Positions 1 through 8,480 of a stretch of 64,000 bases of DNA are shown piece by piece. This stretch comes from an uncultured Candidatus Berkelbacteria bacterium (GTDB taxonomy: Bacteria > Patescibacteriota > UBA1384 > CAILIB01), in the NCBI GenBank assembly GCA_903834195.1, contig CAILIB010000040.1:7297-71296 (forward strand). Reading direction: 5' to 3'. The notes under the pieces were generated by a model that was given only the letters and a program-made list of their open reading frames with translations, was not told the origin of the DNA and did not search any database. The translations under genes and the position numbers were made by a program. Positions within the stretch are counted from its first letter, which is position 1. Every line of letters begins with the position of its first letter.

Positions 1-2400
1 AGCAACATATGCCTGATATTGAATCCACGTATCACCATTGTGGACAGCATTTATCGCCTGCCCTGATGATGTGTAGTAATCAGATGTTGAAGTTGGTCCG
101 TAGTAAAGCGCACTATTTAATGCCCCAGCAGAAGAGGCTGAGCGAATTCGAAACTTTACTGAAGTACCTGCAGGTACAACACTATTCCAGGTAAGGTTTG
201 TAAACGTTGAATTTTGCGCCAAGTTAATTTGTGAAGAAGTAAACGTACCCGTAGCGTAGTATCCCGCTGAAAACGTATATCCAATTAAGCTTGATGCGTA
301 CCCATCCAGAAGGTATAACTGCGTTCCTGTGCCAGGATATGCAAAACCTGCTTGAGATCCTGGAGCAAAGTTCGCCTGACCCTGAAGCGAACTATTCCAA
401 CTATTACCTGAAATTGAGTACACCCATGGAATAGTTGCCCCGTCATGCATCACATAGATATTATCACCACCAGGAGTACCAACTGCAGCGCCCCAACCTG
501 GTGTTCCAGGTAAAGCAGCTAAACTTGCCCAGGAATTATTTGAGATAGAGTACTGATAAAAGTTTGAATTACCCCCATCTTCGTAAAAGATGTAGTCACC
601 ACTACCTGGGTAAATGACCGCATTACCGTAGCCAATATTTTCTGGAACATTTGCTAAACCAGTCCATGAGTTATGTGCTATAGAATAGCGATAGAAACTA
701 TTACTACCTGAAACAGCATAAATGTACGTACCGTTTCCTGTCAGATTACTACCAATTACTCCAAACCCCGGACCGGGCACATTCGCTAGCTGTGTCCAGG
801 TATTATTCGAGATAGAGTACTCGTAAAATGTAGCGTCGCCCGGCTCGTAATATACAAAATCACCTGACCCTGGGTAGTAGAGGCTATCAGCATAGTCCCC
901 CGCCGAGGTTGGAGCGGCTAAGGTCCCCCATGAATTTGTAACAGTATCGTACGAGTAGAAACTTGTGCCCTTATTTAGAACGTACACCTTACCGTTTCCA
1001 CCAGCATTTCGAGTAGCATAATCTGACTGCAGAGCTGCAGGTGCGTACGCGTACGGTGCCCAAGTACCTGATTTGATAGAGTACACAAGAGATATATTAT
1101 GTGAACCATTTGAAGTATCAACTTCATTCACTAAAATGGCATCATTTGCGGCACCCATGTACGCAGCTGACGCAGCATCATCGATACTCTGTGGGGCTGA
1201 TTGTATTGCTGTCCAACTATTTCCTGAAATTGAGTAACGATAGAATGCCCCGGATCCACCTGCCACAAGCGCGTACGCATAGTCTCCTGTGCCTGGATAC
1301 ATTATTGTTCCATTTGGACTAATGTTTCCCGGCGTACTTGCAAGAGTTGTCCAGCTATCATTAGCAATTGAGTATGACCAAAACGTCGTATCATTATTAG
1401 CTGACAACTCATAGATGTGCGTCCCATCCGAAACCATCTCGTTTGAACCAGCATCAGAACCTGGAGCATTCGTGAGCGCACTCCACATGTTCTGTGAAAT
1501 TGAATACTCCTGAAATGCACCAAAATTAAACTGAGCATAAATAAAATCTCCAGAACCTGGATACACTAGTGCCGAACCTCTATTTGCCGAGACACCACTC
1601 ACAGAAGACATGTGAGCCCACGAGTCTTGCGAAATTGAATAGCGCCAAAATCCGTTATTTCCTCCACCTTCAAGTACGTATAGGTAGTCATCTCCTGTAG
1701 ACACCAAACTTGCCCCAGGGTAAGCCCACGAGTAGAGCGAGGCTAAGGAACTCCACTTTCGGTGTACTACATCAAACCTTTCAAAATTACTGTTGTACCC
1801 CGTAATGTGGTAAACATAATTTCCACTACCAGGATATGCGAGGGAATCTCCCACATACCCACCGTTCGCACTTGCACTAGGTGTAGACCAGTAATCAGAA
1901 TACCCGGTACCCGGAGCCAAGTTTTCAGACCCACCAGCACCACTACCAGAGACTGCAGTTTGATTCTGTGAGCCATTACCAAAATCTGTATCCGTAGTCT
2001 GAGTTGTAGACCCTGCCTGACTTGTAAGCGTAAGATTTCCCGAACCTACGTTAATACCTCCGTCATGGGATCCGTACTTAGTCCATCCAGTTTCATCAGT
2101 AGGATGTATCGGACTACTTCCACCATCAGCACCTCCTGACCAATCAGTCTGCTGCCATGTATATGACGCAGCACTCGCTTTTTGAGATCTTAAGAAAAAT
2201 ACTGCACCACTCGTCGAAATCACTAAAAGTACAGACAGAGCCGATACTAAATATCGTTTCAATTGTGGAACAAGTCGCAGTTCGTGCAATTTTCTCGAAG
2301 TAAATCGCTTTCCTCTTCGGACACAAAAAGCAGAGATCGCTTGTATGCGGAATATAATTTTTTGCAGGTTTCTTCGAAATATTTTTGTTCGCATGTACAT
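1..2400 (-). CDS. Large N-anchored Kelch-like beta-propeller repeat surface protein (5' end complete, 3' end runs off the window start)
   Basis: Absent from the ORF track because it has no stop inside the window. My own reverse-strand translation from ATG at 2400 stays open for all 800 codons down to base 1. N-terminal TM 'YLVSALSVLLVISTSGAVFFL'. About 11 units of 45-50 aa follow, with the recurring motif [FY]x[YF]SIxx[ND]xWxxL (FWRYSISQDSW, FYEYSISNNTW, FYRYSIAHNSW, FYQYSISNNSW), typical of Kelch/galactose-oxidase-type blades. Confidence 0.8.
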   Translation of the reverse strand, partial: MYMRTKIFRRNLQKIIFRIQAISAFCVRRGKRFTSRKLHELRLVPQLKRYLVSALSVLLVISTSGAVFFLRSQKASAASYTWQQTDWSGGADGGSSPIHPTDETGWTKYGSHDGGINVGSGNLTLTSQAGSTTQTTDTDFGNGSQNQTAVSGSGAGGSENLAPGTGYSDYWSTPSASANGGYVGDSLAYPGSGNYVYHITGYNSNFERFDVVHRKWSSLASLYSWAYPGASLVSTGDDYLYVLEGGGNNGFWRYSISQDSWAHMSSVSGVSANRGSALVYPGSGDFIYAQFNFGAFQEYSISQNMWSALTNAPGSDAGSNEMVSDGTHIYELSANNDTTFWSYSIANDSWTTLASTPGNISPNGTIMYPGTGDYAYALVAGGSGAFYRYSISGNSWTAIQSAPQSIDDAASAAYMGAANDAILVNEVDTSNGSHNISLVYSIKSGTWAPYAYAPAALQSDYATRNAGGNGKVYVLNKGTSFYSYDTVTNSWGTLAAPTSAGDYADSLYYPGSGDFVYYEPGDATFYEYSISNNTWTQLANVPGPGFGVIGSNLTGNGTYIYAVSGSNSFYRYSIAHNSWTGLANVPENIGYGNAVIYPGSGDYIFYEDGGNSNFYQYSISNNSWASLAALPGTPGWGAAVGTPGGDNIYVMHDGATIPWVYSISGNSWNSSLQGQANFAPGSQAGFAYPGTGTQLYLLDGYASSLIGYTFSAGYYATGTFTSSQINLAQNSTFTNLTWNSVVPAGTSVKFRIRSASSAGALNSALYYGPTSTSDYYTSSGQAINAVHNGDTWIQYQAYVA

Positions 2401-2404
2401 ACTA

Positions 2405-2410
2405 ATTATA
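2405..2410 (-). promoter_or_regulatory. Candidate -10 box (TATAAT on minus strand) 4 nt upstream of the ATG at 2400
   Basis: The minus strand reads ...ttgtttgtatcggttgtatgacgTATAATtagtATG. TTGTTT lies 17 nt upstream as a weak -35. Confidence 0.3.
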
Positions 2411-2463
2411 CGTCATACAACCGATACAAACAAAGAATATTTTCACCGTGATACGATAAGTTC

Positions 2464-2982
2464 ATGAATATATTTTGGCTTCAGCTTTTTGCTTCATTTT
2501 TCTTCCAAGAAACTGTTACTACAACGTCAGTAATACTTCAGGCTGAGCAAAACGGAATGAGCGCCATTAGCCTGCTTGGCATTTGGCTAATCATGACGAG
2601 TATTGGAATTATTCTTGGGTACACAATCGGAAAAGCTGTGCGATCCAAACTCACAAAAACCAAAAAGGGTGCACGTATTATCGAACATGCCGAACAGATT
2701 GAACGACAGATTGGCAAAAATGGTGAGTATTTTGCCATTATATTTATCACCTTAATTAACTTCGTCTATCTGAACGCATTTTTCTGTTCCTGGCTTAAAA
2801 TTGATTTCAAAAAAATGTTTGCATTAATGCTTGTTGGCAATATCTTAAACTTTTATATTGTCTATGAGATTACAAAAACATCACGATCATTGTTTTCTAA
2901 TATATACAGCACATTTTTAATCGTGTTTGGAGTAACGCTTCTCGTTACCTTTGTTGCTAAAAAACTACTCGCTAGAAAATAG
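2464..2982 (+). CDS. Hypothetical small integral membrane protein
   Basis: 172-aa ORF with several hydrophobic helices (e.g. ISLLGIWLIMTSIGIILGYTIG, FAIIFITLINFVYLNAFF, FLIVFGVTLLVTFVA). No diagnostic motif recognised. Confidence 0.5.
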   Translation: MNIFWLQLFASFFFQETVTTTSVILQAEQNGMSAISLLGIWLIMTSIGIILGYTIGKAVRSKLTKTKKGARIIEHAEQIERQIGKNGEYFAIIFITLINFVYLNAFFCSWLKIDFKKMFALMLVGNILNFYIVYEITKTSRSLFSNIYSTFLIVFGVTLLVTFVAKKLLARK

Positions 2983-2988
2983 GCTTAA

Positions 2989-3405
2989 TCACCAATTCAT
3001 TACTGTGATTTGGATCTGCAAAACACTGGCTGTAGCCGTCCAAAGAATGTACGGAATAAGCGCAATTGCAAGCACTTTGCTATAGGGATATAGATCAATC
3101 GCACTCCAAACTGCAGTACCAAATACGCAAAGCACCATCACACTAGCCAAGAAAAAGTTACGCAACCCAAACTGCACTGGCGTGAAACACAGATTAAATA
3201 CTACATTTAACACAATTGGCAGAAGTAATGTTCGTGGCCACTGACCTTGGTAGACCTTAAAAAGTGCAACACCGTAGACCACGGCAATAATTGGGTACAG
3301 AACACCCCAAATCGTTCCAATCGTCGAAACTGCCGGTGTCCAAACTGGCTTATGTAACAGATCGTACCACTGTCGAAATGGGAGGGATTTATCTGGAAAC
3401 GACAT
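2989..3405 (-). CDS. tspO: TspO/MBR family (tryptophan-rich sensory protein) membrane protein
   Basis: 138 aa with five hydrophobic helices. Family-typical motifs present: 'WYDLLHKPVWTP', 'IWGVLYPII', 'NVVFNLCFTPVQFG' and the C-terminal 'IPYILWTATASVLQ'. Confidence 0.75.
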   Translation of the reverse strand: MSFPDKSLPFRQWYDLLHKPVWTPAVSTIGTIWGVLYPIIAVVYGVALFKVYQGQWPRTLLLPIVLNVVFNLCFTPVQFGLRNFFLASVMVLCVFGTAVWSAIDLYPYSKVLAIALIPYILWTATASVLQIQITVMNW

Positions 3406-3461
3406 ACTATATAGGATTATTTTTACCTCACATAAGTATACCTTACATAGATCGTGTATTC

Positions 3462-3488
3462 TTAGTTTGTATTAGTAATACAAACTAA
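3462..3488. promoter_or_regulatory. Perfect 27-bp palindrome (13+1+13) ending 3 nt before the ECF sigma start codon
   Basis: ttagtttgtatta-g-taatacaaactaa; the two arms are exact reverse complements. Confidence 0.5.
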
Positions 3489-3491
3489 CGG

Positions 3492-4016
3492 ATGGACTTC
3501 GAATCCGCCTACCACGCCAACTTTAAACTCGTCTACCGTTTTCTTTACTACAAAGATGTAGATAAAGGAGACATTGAAGACCTCGCTCAAGAGGTATTTT
3601 TTCGGCTCTACAAAAAGTATGACTGTAGTCAGATGGAGGCGGAGCACATTACGAAAACTGCCTATGCCATTGCTCGTAACGTCTGGCTAGAGTGGTTACG
3701 CACGCAGGGCGAAAAGCGAACGCTTGCGCTGATAGATGACTTTGATTACGTTGATTCGTATGAAGAGTTCATACAAGAAGAGCTACCCGAGGATGAACGG
3801 GAAAGCGAGCGAGAACGACTGAGAGCGTGTATCAAAGATCTGAATCCAACAGTACAAAAAGTCCTGACCCTCAGATACCTAGAGGACAAGACTCGCAAGG
3901 AAACTGCTGCCATTCTACAGATTACAGAAGACCAAGTTCACACTTACCAAAAACGTGGGGTAGCCTATTTGCGAAAGCATTTCGGTAAAACTGTACCCCC
4001 CTTATCACATACGTAG
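3492..4016 (+). CDS. RNA polymerase sigma-70 family, ECF-type sigma factor
   Basis: 174 aa. Region-2-like 'DIEDLAQEVFFRLYKKY'. Region-4 HTH 'VLTLRYLEDKTRKETAAILQITEDQVHTYQKRGVAYLRK'. Confidence 0.85.
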   Translation: MDFESAYHANFKLVYRFLYYKDVDKGDIEDLAQEVFFRLYKKYDCSQMEAEHITKTAYAIARNVWLEWLRTQGEKRTLALIDDFDYVDSYEEFIQEELPEDERESERERLRACIKDLNPTVQKVLTLRYLEDKTRKETAAILQITEDQVHTYQKRGVAYLRKHFGKTVPPLSHT

Positions 4017-4022
4017 TGACAT

Positions 4023-5564
4023 ATGTTCAAACCACACATTAACTTACATACCCGCCTCGCACGTTTTCGCAAAGCTCCGTTACCATCATCAATTGTATCG
4101 GACGCTGAGTCGCGCGTCTGGCAAAACCTCCGCCAAAAAATGGCTGAGGACACCCTTATGCACCCAACACAAACAAAAAACCACTCATTTTTCTTTTTCC
4201 CAGTTATTGCAACAAGCTTAGTACTTGCCCTTGCTGCCGGAAGTTATACATACTTTTTGTCACGCAATCTTCCTACCACTTCAACTAACACTACCGGACC
4301 AAGCATTAGCATGGTACTACAGAGTGAATCAAGTGAAGGACGTTCAGTAAAGACCATTTCAACTTCTTCCTATGGTTATGTTGCAAATCCTACAAAGAAA
4401 TCAACTTCTTTCTTAGGGATTTCAGCCGCATATGCCGATGGCACATTTGATTCTTCTGATTATTCACTTACTGAATTTGGTTGGAAAACATACCAGTACA
4501 GTAACACTGGCGCACAAGCCCATATTACCGCACGCAACCTTGTCACTGGAGAAGTTACACAAATTACAGATTCAGCAGATACAACAGAAACTCTTGGAAA
4601 ATTTTCTTCAGTCACCCAGATACTTGCTTATGAAACTTCTCCATGGTCAAAAACTGGACCATCTCAAGTTCAGGCTCCAGATTTTAACAATCCTTGTACA
4701 GTTAAGTATTCCAAGATCACACCTGGATCATCGCCGATAAGTATCTCAAACCCAACTGGCGTATATTGTATGCGACCAATTAGCTGGTCACCAGATGGAC
4801 GATTTCTAGCACTTACTACTTATGGCATTAGCAATAGTGAGCCCCTTGCCATTTACGACACAACAACTCGCACAACAACTGTAGTACAAAACCCTACTGA
4901 TAATGCATGGCCTTCAATCACTGGTGGTTGGCTCAACAACACTACGCTCACATCTACGTACAATATTAATGACACCCCTTTCAACGAAAATTTTTATACC
5001 ATTAATGCTCTTACCGCAAAGACTACTCAGGTAAGCAATGAAATCCTCGGTCTCACGAGCTACAAAATTGCAGGGTCAACTGTCTACTACACAAAAACAC
5101 TCGATGGAGTTCTCAATATTGATCCAGCAGATGTTACAATTCACAGCTTTTCGCTGAATAACCCTACTAAAATTACTAACTACCCAACAACTAATGGCAC
5201 TACTGACTTTACTTTTCGCCTTACGAGCGGTGGAGATGCATCAAGCATTATCTACAGTACGTTCAAAGATCTAGGTGATAAGTCACTCTATACAGAGTAT
5301 TCATTCCCAATTGGAGACAGTACCATCCAGGAGTTAACCCTTTCAGATAACACAGTAAAAACCCTTTCTACCCGAAAGGATACGGACATTCTCAGCATCC
5401 TCGGCTGGAACGCCGCGAATGATTCAATCATTCTTACTCAGTCACCTGCGAGCAAAGCTCACACCGATGAGTCAACTGAATACACTGAATATCATGCATT
5501 CAATGTAACAAGTAATACAGATACAAATCTGATTACCGACTCATACCAAATGCAAAAGAACTAG
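4023..5564 (+). CDS. Single-pass membrane protein with extracytoplasmic beta-propeller-like domain; possible anti-sigma partner
   Basis: Starts 6 nt after the sigma gene. Short cytoplasmic N-terminus, TM 'FFFFPVIATSLVLALAAGSYTYFL', then a Thr/Ser/Asn-rich domain with a TolB-like 'ISWSPDGRFLALT' motif. No zinc anti-sigma motif is seen, so the role is inferred from position only. Confidence 0.45.
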   Translation: MFKPHINLHTRLARFRKAPLPSSIVSDAESRVWQNLRQKMAEDTLMHPTQTKNHSFFFFPVIATSLVLALAAGSYTYFLSRNLPTTSTNTTGPSISMVLQSESSEGRSVKTISTSSYGYVANPTKKSTSFLGISAAYADGTFDSSDYSLTEFGWKTYQYSNTGAQAHITARNLVTGEVTQITDSADTTETLGKFSSVTQILAYETSPWSKTGPSQVQAPDFNNPCTVKYSKITPGSSPISISNPTGVYCMRPISWSPDGRFLALTTYGISNSEPLAIYDTTTRTTTVVQNPTDNAWPSITGGWLNNTTLTSTYNINDTPFNENFYTINALTAKTTQVSNEILGLTSYKIAGSTVYYTKTLDGVLNIDPADVTIHSFSLNNPTKITNYPTTNGTTDFTFRLTSGGDASSIIYSTFKDLGDKSLYTEYSFPIGDSTIQELTLSDNTVKTLSTRKDTDILSILGWNAANDSIILTQSPASKAHTDESTEYTEYHAFNVTSNTDTNLITDSYQMQKN

Positions 5565-5570
5565 GTTGCA

Positions 5571-5601
5571 CAAAAACCCCCGGAAATTCCGGGGGTTTTT
5601 G
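5571..5601 (+). terminator. Rho-independent terminator
   Basis: cccccggaa-a-ttccggggg (5577-5595) followed by ttttt. Confidence 0.85.
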
Positions 5602-5642
5602 TATTATTGAGTAATTCAAAATTAACCTGCTACGATAAGCAT

Positions 5643-7082
5643 ATGTCAAAAATGAAAGAAAAATGTGCAGTATTCGGAGTGTATGGAACTGGCTTTGACG
5701 CCGCTCGTCTCACATTTTTTGGCCTCTATGCATTGCAACATCGCGGGCAAGAGGGTTCTGGAATCGTTACATCCGACGGATCCGAACTACATGCGTTTCG
5801 AAATTCTGGATTAGTAAATCAAATTTATACCGAAGACGTTATTAAAGGTCTCCCAGGTAGTATCGCAATTGGTCACAACCGCTATTCGACATCAAAAGGT
5901 GGAAGTACTGAACATTTACAGCCTGTTATCGGACGTGATCGTCAAATCGCTGTCGCACATAATGGCAATCTTCCCTCAACAGTTTTGCTTGAAAATTTCT
6001 TGAATAAAAAGGGAATCTCGCCTCAGAATCTGAATGATTCTGAACTCATGGCTGAGGCCATAAAATATTATGTGGCTCGAGGGAAAAGCCTCCCAGATGC
6101 AGTGAAACTCGCCTTTCCCCTCTTTACTGGCGCATTTTCGCTCGTCATTATGAATCACGATACCCTCGTGGCTGTGCGAGATGAATACGGCATTCGGCCG
6201 CTTTGTATCGGAAAACTAAACGGTGGATATATTGTCTCGTCCGAAACCTGTGCACTCGATACGGTTCATGCAAAGTTTCTGCGCGAAGTTGAACCTGGAG
6301 AAATGGTAGTAATAAATAAAAAAGGCCTCAAGAGTACTACAATTGCGCCGGCCAATCTAAAACTCGACATCTTCGAGTTTATTTATTTTTCACGTCCTGA
6401 TAGTTATTTACTTGGCAAAAACGTTGATGCTGTTCGCCGGGAAATGGGTGTACAACTTGCTCGAGAAGCAATTATTGATGCTGACCTCGTAGTACCAGTT
6501 CCTGATTCAGGAATTTCAGCTGCACAAGGGTTTGCTGAAGCCTCTGGAATTCCTTACTACAACGCGATTGTGAAAAATCGCTACATTGGCCGTAGTTTTA
6601 TTGCGCCGGATCAGCACATGCGTGAATGGATGGTGCGCATGAAACTCAACCCTATCCGCGCAGCCGTTGAGGGTAAGCGCGTCATTCTGATTGACGATTC
6701 CATTGTGCGAGGCACAACTTCAAGTGCGATCGTAGCACTTCTGCGCGAAGCTGGTGCTCGCGAAGTCCACTTTATTTCAAGCTCTCCCCCGTACCGCTAT
6801 CCCGATTTCTACGGTATGGATGTTCCTGAACAAGATCACCTTATCGCGTTTAATAAATCGCAGGAAGAAATTCGTGCGTACCTCAACGCCGATTCCCTTC
6901 ACTATCTAAGTTACGAAGGATTAATTGCATCAACTGGACTTCCAGAAAGCACGTTTTGCGCTGCTTGTTTTACTGGTGTCTATCCTATTGATATTCGCGA
7001 GCGCACCTCCGGTGTTCGACCTGCTCCAATTTGGGTTACTCAGCAACCAACGCTTTTCTCAGCATCGCAACCTCAGGAATAA
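5643..7082 (+). CDS. purF: Amidophosphoribosyltransferase (glutamine-PRPP amidotransferase)
   Basis: N-terminal 'MSKMKEKCAVFGVYG' (short propeptide before the Ntn Cys), 'LQHRGQEGSGI', PRT motif 'VILIDDSIVRGTT', and C-terminal 'CAACFTGVYP' cluster-ligand-like cysteines. The ORF track starts at TTG 5607; ATG 5643 is more likely. Confidence 0.9.
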   Translation: MSKMKEKCAVFGVYGTGFDAARLTFFGLYALQHRGQEGSGIVTSDGSELHAFRNSGLVNQIYTEDVIKGLPGSIAIGHNRYSTSKGGSTEHLQPVIGRDRQIAVAHNGNLPSTVLLENFLNKKGISPQNLNDSELMAEAIKYYVARGKSLPDAVKLAFPLFTGAFSLVIMNHDTLVAVRDEYGIRPLCIGKLNGGYIVSSETCALDTVHAKFLREVEPGEMVVINKKGLKSTTIAPANLKLDIFEFIYFSRPDSYLLGKNVDAVRREMGVQLAREAIIDADLVVPVPDSGISAAQGFAEASGIPYYNAIVKNRYIGRSFIAPDQHMREWMVRMKLNPIRAAVEGKRVILIDDSIVRGTTSSAIVALLREAGAREVHFISSSPPYRYPDFYGMDVPEQDHLIAFNKSQEEIRAYLNADSLHYLSYEGLIASTGLPESTFCAACFTGVYPIDIRERTSGVRPAPIWVTQQPTLFSASQPQE

Positions 7083-7632
7083 CCTTTCCGTTTGGAAGTG
7101 TTGCAGCTTCTGACTGCACTTCTTCATCTGTGACTTCAAAGCCAAACCGCTCATAAAAGTGAATTGCATTTACATTGTACGTAGCAACAGTTAAATGAAC
7201 CGGTTCACTCAGATCAAACCAATCAAGCATTCTCTGTGCGAGCGCAGCACCCACTCCCTTACCTTGAGCCTCTGGCAACACATATAGACTGCCAATTTTC
7301 TGCCTACCATCTGGATATTTATTTGCAGTAGCAATTCCCTGAACTGTTCCTGCAACTTTTGCTGTTAGAAATAATCGAACTGCAGGATCGATCTCTGCAA
7401 TCTTTTTAGCACGCTCAACGATGTACTCTGGATCAAGTTGCACTGAAACTACACTTTCAATGACTTCACGCGTAATTCCAGCCTCTTCGTTTGGGTACGT
7501 TGCGAGCCACGTTTCGTATAAAACCTTCCCGATGCCTTCAGCATCCTCTGGTATAGCTATATTCACAATTACAGGTTCGCTTTCGCGTTTTTCAACGCTG
7601 ATTTGAGAAAATTTTTGTTCCATACCTTTCAT
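7036..7632 (-). CDS. GNAT family N-acetyltransferase
   Basis: 198 aa. Acetyl-CoA binding motif 'VLPEAQGKGVGAALAQRM' and C-terminal 'NVNAIHFYERFGFEV'. Converges on purF and overlaps it by 47 nt. Confidence 0.8.
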   Translation of the reverse strand: MKGMEQKFSQISVEKRESEPVIVNIAIPEDAEGIGKVLYETWLATYPNEEAGITREVIESVVSVQLDPEYIVERAKKIAEIDPAVRLFLTAKVAGTVQGIATANKYPDGRQKIGSLYVLPEAQGKGVGAALAQRMLDWFDLSEPVHLTVATYNVNAIHFYERFGFEVTDEEVQSEAATLPNGKVIPEVAMLRKALVAE

Positions 7633-7659
7633 AATAGCAAAGAATTATTTTCACCCAAC

Positions 7660-7673
7660 TAAAGTCGACTTTA
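7660..7673. promoter_or_regulatory. Perfect 14-bp palindrome TAAAGTCGACTTTA in the divergent GNAT / wHTH-Nudix intergenic region
   Basis: Exact self-complementarity. Lies 57 nt upstream of the ATG of a gene whose product begins with a winged-helix-like domain. Confidence 0.45.
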
Positions 7674-7729
7674 CTAGTTTTTCATTCAGCCTTCTTGCTA
7701 CACCATATACAAATCCCTAAATTGAATAT

Positions 7730-8437
7730 ATGTCTCACGAAGCGCAAATCCACGCAGCTCAAACCAGCATTCTCCGCGAGCTCTTATTTCAACCGACCGC
7801 TGGCTATACCGAGCTACAAAAACCTACGGGACTTACCAGTGATCACTTCAATTTTCATGTGAAGCGACTGCTTGAGTTGGAATTTATTAAAAAAGTGAGT
7901 CCTGGCAAATATAGCCTCACTATCAAAGGTAAAGAGTACGCCAACAAACTTGATACCGACAACAATACAATAGAACGCCAGCCAAAAGTTGCAGTTCTTC
8001 TCGCCATAACCCGTGAAAAAAATGGGGTCAAAGAGTACCTCTTCCAAGAACGTCGCAAACAACCGTTCTATGCGTATTGGGGTTTTCCAACCGGTAAGAT
8101 CCGCTGGGGCGAGACCATTATGCAAACCGCCGCACGTGAGTTAATGGAGGAAACTGGTCTCACTGCTGACCATGAACTTGCCGGCGTATACCATGAGCAC
8201 ACCCGAAGTGCCGAAACCGGTGAAATGCTTGAGGATAAAGTATTCTTTATTATGCGCTGTACAAATACCTCCGACACGTTGATGTCTGAATTTGAAGGCG
8301 GCTTCAACCGTTGGGCAGATCTCAAGGAAATCCACAAACACAAAACGTATCGAAGCCTTAATATTGAACTCGAAATTGCCGAATCCGGCCGACAGTTTGT
8401 TGAAGAAACACACACCTATAGCGACAATGAGTTCTAG
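7730..8437 (+). CDS. NUDIX hydrolase with N-terminal winged-HTH-like domain
   Basis: Intact Nudix box 'GKIRWGETIMQTAARELMEETGL' (GX5EX7REUXEEXGU). The N-terminal ~75 aa 'ILRELLFQPTAGYTELQKPTGLTSDHFNFHVKRLLELEFIKK' resembles MarR/ArsR-type wHTH. Confidence 0.8.
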   Translation: MSHEAQIHAAQTSILRELLFQPTAGYTELQKPTGLTSDHFNFHVKRLLELEFIKKVSPGKYSLTIKGKEYANKLDTDNNTIERQPKVAVLLAITREKNGVKEYLFQERRKQPFYAYWGFPTGKIRWGETIMQTAARELMEETGLTADHELAGVYHEHTRSAETGEMLEDKVFFIMRCTNTSDTLMSEFEGGFNRWADLKEIHKHKTYRSLNIELEIAESGRQFVEETHTYSDNEF

Positions 8438-8480
8438 GCTAAAAATTGCTTTTGCTAGGTAACTTTCCTACACTTAGTGC

